From: an uncultured Rhabdochlamydiaceae bacterium
GTDB taxonomy: Bacteria > Chlamydiota > Chlamydiia > Chlamydiales > Rhabdochlamydiaceae
Length of the DNA: 64,000 nt
NCBI GenBank assembly: GCA_963712275.1
Contig: CAVQHD010000001.1
Span: forward strand, 1,216,001 to 1,280,000
Direction: 5' to 3'
Positions 57,785 to 64,000 of this stretch are shown in pieces (within the stretch, counting starts at the first letter, position 1; each line of letters starts with the position of its first letter). The notes beneath the pieces were generated by a model that saw nothing but the letters and a program-made list of their open reading frames with translations, was not told the origin of the DNA and did no database searches. The translations under genes and the position numbers were made by a program.

Positions 57785-58418
57785 AGTTAACAAAACTTTC
57801 GAAAGCTTGTTGTATGCTTATTTGGAAATAGTGGGTAAAAAAGTCATTGTCCGCGGGCTGTAAAACCAGATTGAATTGATGAAATGGTTTTTCAGGGTCT
57901 TGGGTTCTGCAGGCAAGCTGGCGCTCATCTTCAGTTTTATTTGTGGTATCGACCATGTTGATGATCCTTCCATTTTCATTTTTAACAACTGCAGAAGGAA
58001 TCTGCTCACTGCCTAACGCATAAACAACAAAAGATTGGTTGGGAACTAAAGGATGAGTCATGGCTACTGTACAGATCTCAGATTGTTCGGTAAAAAAATT
58101 CACAAAAAATGTGATTGTTTTCTGGATTGTATTGAGCATTCCGCAAGGTTTTACACAAATTTCGCCGTTCTCATTCACAGATTGATAGGTAAGCTCGGTT
58201 GTTAGAAAAGCTTGCCGAACAGATTCTTTTTCAGAACAATTTGGTTGAAGGGGTACTTGAAAAAAATCTAGAAATCTTTTCCAAAGGCTTCTATCTGCTT
58301 GAAGCTCTCGAAGCTTTGTACAAACATTTGCCACTGTCCCAAGATCTGGCATATCAAGATATGATAGAGTCTGAATGTTTGCTTCATCTGGTAAGTTTAA
58401 TATTGATACAGACGTCAT
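57777..58418 (-). CDS. F-box protein, candidate effector
   Basis: LNLPDE...TLSYLD..DL..VA.VC......D..LWK. Confidence 0.8.
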   Translation of the reverse strand: MTSVSILNLPDEANIQTLSYLDMPDLGTVANVCTKLRELQADRSLWKRFLDFFQVPLQPNCSEKESVRQAFLTTELTYQSVNENGEICVKPCGMLNTIQKTITFFVNFFTEQSEICTVAMTHPLVPNQSFVVYALGSEQIPSAVVKNENGRIINMVDTTNKTEDERQLACRTQDPEKPFHQFNLVLQPADNDFFTHYFQISIQQAFESFVNFN

Positions 58419-58624
58419 TTTTTATGCTTATTGTTTTTATTATTTGTAATATATAATATTAACTATTTTATAATAAAATATTAATTATATCAATACTAAT
58501 TTATAACTTATTGATTTTAAATGAATTGCATTTTTTGGCATTTCTCGAATTGAAAGGAACCCCCCTTTACTTTAAAATTCCTCCAAACCTAGCCCAAACC
58601 TAACCAGGGGAGTATGTAAAGCAG

Positions 58625-59965
58625 ATGAGACAGCTCAAAAATTTTTTCCTTCGCACCTACGGCTGTCAGATGAATGAACTCGACTCGGAGATCATGGTCG
58701 GGCTTTTAGAAAAGCGGGGTCTTAAGAGAACGGACGTGGAGGATGAGGCCGATCTTCTCATTTTTAATACCTGTTCCATTCGAGATTTGGCTGAGCGGAA
58801 GGTCATGGGGAAAATCGGTAAGCTGGGCACCAAAGGCAAACGAGCGCTCATCGGCGTCACGGGGTGCATGGCTATGACGAAAAAAGAGACCCTGTTCCGC
58901 AAGCTGCCTCATATCGATTTTATCATTGGAACCAATAACATCTCAGAGCTGAACACAGTCCTTGATGAGGTGCTTGAAACGGGCCGCCCCGCCATCCGAA
59001 CCGACGATCAGTTTGAGGAAAACCTTGATTACCTTGTGGCGAAACGGGACGATCCAGTGAAGGCCTTTGTTTCAATTATTCGGGGATGTGATAAGTTTTG
59101 CACCTATTGCGTTGTCCCCTATACTCGAGGTCAAGAGGTTTCTCGCCCTCCTGAGAGCATCGAAGAGGAGTGCAGACGGCTTGTTAGTCAAGGGTATAAA
59201 GAGATTACCCTCCTTGGTCAGAATGTCAATAGCTATGGTAAGGATAAGCCGGAGTGGTCTTGCCTATTTCATGATCTTCTCTACCGCCTTGATAAAATCC
59301 CAGGGCTTTCCAGAGTGCGGTTTATGACCTCTCATCCTGTCGACATTACGGTTGACTTAATGAAAGCCATTCGAGATCTCCCATCTGCCTGTGAATTCGT
59401 GCATTTTCCTCTGCAGGCGGGCTCCAATCGCATCTTAAAAAAGATGCATCGCATCTACACAGTCGAGCAATACCTTGAAAAAGTGGCCCTCCTTCGTGAG
59501 ATCGTTCCAAACGTCTCCCTTGGAACCGATATCATTGTCGGCTTTCCAACAGAGACAGAAGAGGAATTTCAGCAAACCTACGATCGGTTTAAAGAGATCG
59601 GTTATTCGGTTGCTTTTCTCTTTGCCTACAGCGCTCGCAAAGGCACCCCCGCCTTCCGGTGGAAGGACGATATTTCAGAGGAAGTCAAAAATGACAGGCT
59701 GCAGCGGCTTCTTGCCTTATATGAGGAAATCGGCGCTCAGGAGAAAAAAGGGATGCTGGGCTCGGTTGTCGAAGTCCTCGTCGAGAGCCGCCTTCGAGAT
59801 GAGTCCCAACTGAAAGGACGCACCCGGTGTTGGAAAAAGGTGATCTTTGCTGGCGATGACCGCCTGATCGGCACATTGCAACATGTTAAAGTCACAGGCT
59901 TTAGCCACCAAACACTTCTAGGGGAGCTTATTCCTCAACTATTAAATCAGAAGGTAAGTGCATGA
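58625..59965 (+). CDS. miaB: tRNA-2-methylthio-N6-dimethylallyladenosine synthase
   Basis: TYGCQMN, NTCSIR, GCDKFCTYC, TRAM C-terminus. Confidence 0.97.
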   Translation: MRQLKNFFLRTYGCQMNELDSEIMVGLLEKRGLKRTDVEDEADLLIFNTCSIRDLAERKVMGKIGKLGTKGKRALIGVTGCMAMTKKETLFRKLPHIDFIIGTNNISELNTVLDEVLETGRPAIRTDDQFEENLDYLVAKRDDPVKAFVSIIRGCDKFCTYCVVPYTRGQEVSRPPESIEEECRRLVSQGYKEITLLGQNVNSYGKDKPEWSCLFHDLLYRLDKIPGLSRVRFMTSHPVDITVDLMKAIRDLPSACEFVHFPLQAGSNRILKKMHRIYTVEQYLEKVALLREIVPNVSLGTDIIVGFPTETEEEFQQTYDRFKEIGYSVAFLFAYSARKGTPAFRWKDDISEEVKNDRLQRLLALYEEIGAQEKKGMLGSVVEVLVESRLRDESQLKGRTRCWKKVIFAGDDRLIGTLQHVKVTGFSHQTLLGELIPQLLNQKVSA

Positions 59966-61380
59966 CGCTTCGGTCGCTTAGTTTTTTTGTTCCCGTCAAG
60001 TATCCGTATCCGTATCCAACACTGATCCAGTTTGTCGACGCCTATTTTGATTTGGGTGGCCGCGTGGCACTTGTGGAGCTGAGCAAAGTGCAAGGGGGAA
60101 GGGAGGGAGTCAGGCTGCAGGCAGACAAAGCAATTCCGTGGTCAATAATTTTGAAGGTGATGTCTTACAGCGCTCCCCTGCTCAACTATCTTATCGCGGC
60201 TCGAGTTCCAGCGCTTTCCAAAATCAAAGGAGCTATCCACTTGCAAATGGCATTAAGCTGGCTCCCTGGGATAATGGCAATTGCCAAGATTATGCTCCGG
60301 TCGATCTACGGTTTTTACATCATAGAGGAAAAGAGAGAAGTTCCTAAGGCAGAAGATTTGGTTTCAGATGAGGTAAAGGTAACGTTGGATAAACTCTTTG
60401 GAGGGCCAGGCTCTTTTGATCAGCTGCCTTTCTATGAGAAAGATGATAGTCCTAAACTTGGTACAATGAGTGCGCCTATCATGCGAGGAGTGACTAAAAA
60501 TCCAAAAAATAACCAGGCCAATCCCTTTATTGCGATCAAAGTACAGCGTGTAAAGAAAGCTGAAGGTTTAGATTTCCTATTCCCTGATGGAGCTTTGGTT
60601 ATTTACCCTCTCTATCTTTTAGGGAAGCAGATGGAAGTTCCTGCTCTACCTGATCAAGCTCTATCTAGTCTAGTCAATGGCCCCATTTTCTTTCCTAATG
60701 CAGCCCGTGATGGGAGAGATTTTACTGATGCTGCAGAAGGCTTTCGACTTTTGCAAGCTCTGATTAGAGACGGAAAAGGAAAAGATACAAAGGGCGTTGA
60801 GTGGGAGATTATTGGACATTCAATTGGTGGGGATCCCAAAGTTTCCACAAAAAGTGATTTGATCCCGGACGAGGTGAAGGCAACGCTGGACGAATTATTT
60901 GGTGGGCCGGGGTCTGTAGATCGATTGCCTTTGTATACGCAAGACGACAGCCCCACCGTCGAAAAAATGAGCGAGCCGGTAATGAAAGGAATTATTACAA
61001 ATCCAAAAAATGGCCATTCTAATCCCTTTATTGCGATCAAGATGCGTTGTTTAACGAAAATCGAAGAGCTTCGTTCCATATACCCTCGCGTTAACTTTGC
61101 TTATTATCCCGATCCGATTGAAGAAGTTTCATTTCTTGCTCCTATGTTTGTTGAGTCGCTTTGTGCCTGGGTAGAAGTTGACTCTCTAAATATAGTTCCT
61201 GTTTTCTTTTATAAGAGTTGGCTTGAAGAAGGAAATTTCACCTACGAAAAGAACGGAAAAGTGACTGAGAGCCAGCGTGAAAACTTTGAGCGTTTAAAAA
61301 CCTTGCTTAGAGAAGGCAAAGGGAAAGATCAAAAGGGCGTTGAGTGGGAAGTGATTGGATATTCGAAAGAGAAACAATAG
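59962..61380 (+). CDS. DUF648-like N-terminus followed by a duplicated ~165-aa domain; candidate effector
   Basis: VDAYFDLGGR...LKVMSY...AK..LR; repeat DEVK.TLD.LFGGPGS.D.LP...NPFIAIK...GKGKD.KGVEWE.IG (x2). Confidence 0.75.
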   Translation: MTLRSLSFFVPVKYPYPYPTLIQFVDAYFDLGGRVALVELSKVQGGREGVRLQADKAIPWSIILKVMSYSAPLLNYLIAARVPALSKIKGAIHLQMALSWLPGIMAIAKIMLRSIYGFYIIEEKREVPKAEDLVSDEVKVTLDKLFGGPGSFDQLPFYEKDDSPKLGTMSAPIMRGVTKNPKNNQANPFIAIKVQRVKKAEGLDFLFPDGALVIYPLYLLGKQMEVPALPDQALSSLVNGPIFFPNAARDGRDFTDAAEGFRLLQALIRDGKGKDTKGVEWEIIGHSIGGDPKVSTKSDLIPDEVKATLDELFGGPGSVDRLPLYTQDDSPTVEKMSEPVMKGIITNPKNGHSNPFIAIKMRCLTKIEELRSIYPRVNFAYYPDPIEEVSFLAPMFVESLCAWVEVDSLNIVPVFFYKSWLEEGNFTYEKNGKVTESQRENFERLKTLLREGKGKDQKGVEWEVIGYSKEKQ

Positions 61381-61404
61381 CATTCGGCCCTTGCGGGCCG
61401 AATG
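61381..61404. terminator. Hairpin between convergent genes
   Basis: CATTCGGCCC-TTGC-GGGCCGAATG perfect 10-bp stem; weak U-tracts. Confidence 0.55.
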
Positions 61405-61415
61405 AGGATTAGAAA

Positions 61416-61970
61416 CTATTTTCGGATGCCGGCAAGTTTGGCCATCGCAAGACCTGCGAAAAACCAACCAAAGACCGATTCGATAATAGATGAAATGACA
61501 AAAGTGCCTGGAAATCCAAACCAGATCGCATAAGGAGCTGTTGCCATAAGGCCAATGAGCGCTCCAACGACTGTCACAAAGAGGACAGACTTGTTATACT
61601 CAAGCCGCGTTTGGAAAAGAAGCCAAGCGACAAGGCAAGCTGCGATAATTTTCACGATAAGCCCTGCTGTCGCAGAACCTATCATGCTGGGGCTTTTGCC
61701 GTTTACCATCACAGAAGCAAATACAAAAGGACCTTCAGCCATTTGTTTTTTTGCTTCCTCCAGCTGATCTTGATTATTATAGTTCAAAGAAGGCAGCATA
61801 TAGAGGCCACTTTCAGGTGCGTTGTCTTTAATTGCAAAACGGACATCTTTTTCATTTGAAAACTGTTTAAATTGATTCATTTGCCAAGGTAACACCGTCC
61901 ACGCAGCTGCACCCCAAAGAAAGAGAATGAAACCGCCGATGAACCCGCATTTCATGATTTTTTGCATCAT
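61416..61970 (-). CDS. Hypothetical membrane protein
   Basis: 184 aa with four hydrophobic segments; GGAG ribosome-binding site. Confidence 0.75.
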   Translation of the reverse strand: MMQKIMKCGFIGGFILFLWGAAAWTVLPWQMNQFKQFSNEKDVRFAIKDNAPESGLYMLPSLNYNNQDQLEEAKKQMAEGPFVFASVMVNGKSPSMIGSATAGLIVKIIAACLVAWLLFQTRLEYNKSVLFVTVVGALIGLMATAPYAIWFGFPGTFVISSIIESVFGWFFAGLAMAKLAGIRK

Positions 61971-62070
61971 AAGCTTGAGGACTCCTTTTGTTATTGTGAA
62001 GTTTTCCTCATCCTAATCAAGGAGCTCTTTTGCATCAATTATTTATTTAATCGGAGCTTTGAGAGCTCCC

Positions 62071-63783
62071 TCAATGATAGAGACATTGAATGACGGCAGA
62101 GGCTGCGACGACTCGGAGAAGTTGAAAAGGCTCGCCAAGAATATCGATTAAAAAAGGGATTGACTCTTGTGTTCCCACATGGCCAATGGCCTCGAGAATT
62201 TGGATTTTCATTTCTCGGCTGACCTGAGGATAGGCCTCTTGCAGGGTCTTGATGGCGGTCCGATCATTGCCGTAAATGGCAAGCATCAGAGCTGCCTGAA
62301 CCCGAATGCGGCAGTCAGGCTCATGGAGAAGCTGTCGAATGATAGAAAGAGCTTCTTCGTCGCCTTCCTGAAGTAAAACAGCAACGGCAGCTCCTGTCAC
62401 TTCCCATGTTTCATTTTTGACAAATTTCTTCACGGTTTCTTGAGCTTTGGGGTATTTCAATATGCAGAGAAGATTGAGAAGATCGAGCCGCGTCAGCTGA
62501 TCGACCATTTTTGGATAGTTTTGCACTTGGTCAATATGATAAACTACATTCGGAACGATCATATGAATCGATGAGGAATCATCCCACATTAAACGGCCTG
62601 TTTCAGGATTGCAGAAAAAAGCGTCAAGCACTTGACAGGCAGATGCAACCTCAACCCGTTGCCCTACGAGCCCTAAAGCCAGGTTGGCTTTAACAAAGGG
62701 ATCTTCGTGAGCATCCATTTGTTCTTTAATGAAGGGATAAGCCATCGACCCACACCTGGGAAGCATAGCGGCTGCCATCCAGCGCCAGCGAGGATGGATA
62801 TCTGAGAGCCATTTTTTTAATGATTCGACTCCTTCTAATTCTCCTTGGCGGCAGAGAACCCAAGAAGCTGTGATTGCAACTTGAGGATGATGGTCACTGG
62901 CCAAATTTTTAAGGGTCTCTATTTCGATTTTTTCCTGAAGGATTCCCAGCGCTCGCAAGGCATCTGCTCGGACGTCAGGTGAGGAATCTCGAAGGAGTTT
63001 TTTTAGGTTGTCGCTTGCTGTGGGAAGGTCATAATAGCCAATGAGTTCGCAGGAAAGCTGCCTAAGGCCTGCACGAGAGCTTGTCAGCAGCTGCTCTAGA
63101 TCGGTATTTCGAATTCCATCGTACATTTGGACAAGGGCTAGAATAGCTTCGGCTTTTTCCTCTGCAACTGTTCGAGGGTTTGCGACGATTTTGACAAGGA
63201 GGGGTTTTAAAGAGAGGATTCGGAGCTTTCCCACAGCTCGAATCACTTCTTGTCTGACAAACCAGACCGGTTCTTCTTGGGTCATCCTGGTGAGCTCTTC
63301 CTGGAGAGGCCCATCTCCGAGTTCAGCAGCAAAACGAACTCCAAAAAGGCGGAGAAATGCATTAGAGCTTCGAAGTGCTGAAATGAGCATAGGAATGGCC
63401 CGTACGTCGCGTGTCAGAGCAGCCCCAATCAGGGAAGAGAGATGGATGTGAACTTGAGGAGAGAATTCTCCTTTCTTTAAGACGCTCCAGGCTAAAATCT
63501 CAACAGCTCTCCGATCTTTTTGAAACTCAGAGCGCATCACATTCCACTCTTGAAAAACAGCGGTTTCATCTCCTTTTTCTGCAAGCGCTTGGATAAAGGC
63601 TAGCCGAACTGTTTTGGAATCAGGATAAACCTCTAAGGCTGCTTTTGCGGCATCGACAGCTGCCTGAGGATCATGGACTTTTAAATAGGAAAAAACATGC
63701 CGTGCTGCGCTCTCTTCTGTTTCCCAACTTTTCAAGTTGTTTGGGTATAAAAAAGCGAGAAGAATTGGCAAAAAGTAGATCAT
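62071..63783 (-). CDS. HEAT-repeat protein
   Basis: Repeated L...L.D....VR..A..ALG units. Confidence 0.85.
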   Translation of the reverse strand: MIYFLPILLAFLYPNNLKSWETEESAARHVFSYLKVHDPQAAVDAAKAALEVYPDSKTVRLAFIQALAEKGDETAVFQEWNVMRSEFQKDRRAVEILAWSVLKKGEFSPQVHIHLSSLIGAALTRDVRAIPMLISALRSSNAFLRLFGVRFAAELGDGPLQEELTRMTQEEPVWFVRQEVIRAVGKLRILSLKPLLVKIVANPRTVAEEKAEAILALVQMYDGIRNTDLEQLLTSSRAGLRQLSCELIGYYDLPTASDNLKKLLRDSSPDVRADALRALGILQEKIEIETLKNLASDHHPQVAITASWVLCRQGELEGVESLKKWLSDIHPRWRWMAAAMLPRCGSMAYPFIKEQMDAHEDPFVKANLALGLVGQRVEVASACQVLDAFFCNPETGRLMWDDSSSIHMIVPNVVYHIDQVQNYPKMVDQLTRLDLLNLLCILKYPKAQETVKKFVKNETWEVTGAAVAVLLQEGDEEALSIIRQLLHEPDCRIRVQAALMLAIYGNDRTAIKTLQEAYPQVSREMKIQILEAIGHVGTQESIPFLIDILGEPFQLLRVVAASAVIQCLYH

Positions 63784-64000
63784 GCGAGGTGCGTTAGCCG
63801 GCGCCCTCCAATGAGGTGAAAGTGCAAGTGAAAAATGACTTGCCCTCCCTCTTCTCCATTATTTGTCAAAAGACGGTACCCATCTTCAATTTCAAACTGC
63901 CGAGCGAGCATTTGCGCCACTTGGATGATCTCTGTAATGAGTCCAAGGTCTTCTGAGCTGACAGCTTGCAGATTGGGGATCTCTTTTTTCGGCATGATCA
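63780..64000 (-). CDS. hinT: HIT-family nucleotide-binding protein, 5' end outside the window
   Basis: GYRL..N.G..GGQ.IFHLHFHLIGG. Confidence 0.9.
   Translation of the reverse strand, partial: IMPKKEIPNLQAVSSEDLGLITEIIQVAQMLARQFEIEDGYRLLTNNGEEGGQVIFHLHFHLIGGRRLTHLA

Overview
The window looks like chromosome from an environmental Chlamydiota bacterium (inferred from lepB next to a CT021-like gene, pyrG-yqgF-zwf-opcA-pgl synteny, DUF1207/DUF648-like genes, NTT transporters and F-box proteins). Core genes are lepB (partial), pncB, pyrG, ruvX, zwf, opcA, pgl, kbl, tdh, ltaE, miaB and a partial HIT gene. Main unusual elements: (1) A ~17 kb integrative element (36505-53599) sits in a tRNA-CAT gene. 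It has a 47-bp att duplication, arm-type repeats, two paralogous tyrosine integrases, a rep-like gene containing an 11-bp-period iteron-like array, defence-type cargo (AbiE, FRG, primase-helicase-DUF559) and a LysR/NTT/HAD module whose transporter is a close paralogue of a chromosomal NTT 33 kb away. (2) An RNA-repair operon has RtcB coupled to a 2H-phosphoesterase-archease fusion. (3) Two families of palindromic MITE-like repeats occur. One full copy splits a zeta-toxin-like gene, and ends of the same family bracket an Rpn PD-(D/E)XK nuclease gene with TAA flanks. (4) pncA carries a single in-frame amber codon. (5) A DnaA-box/IHF cluster at ~1.6 kb is a candidate oriC. All family assignments come from motif recognition by eye; no database searches were run.
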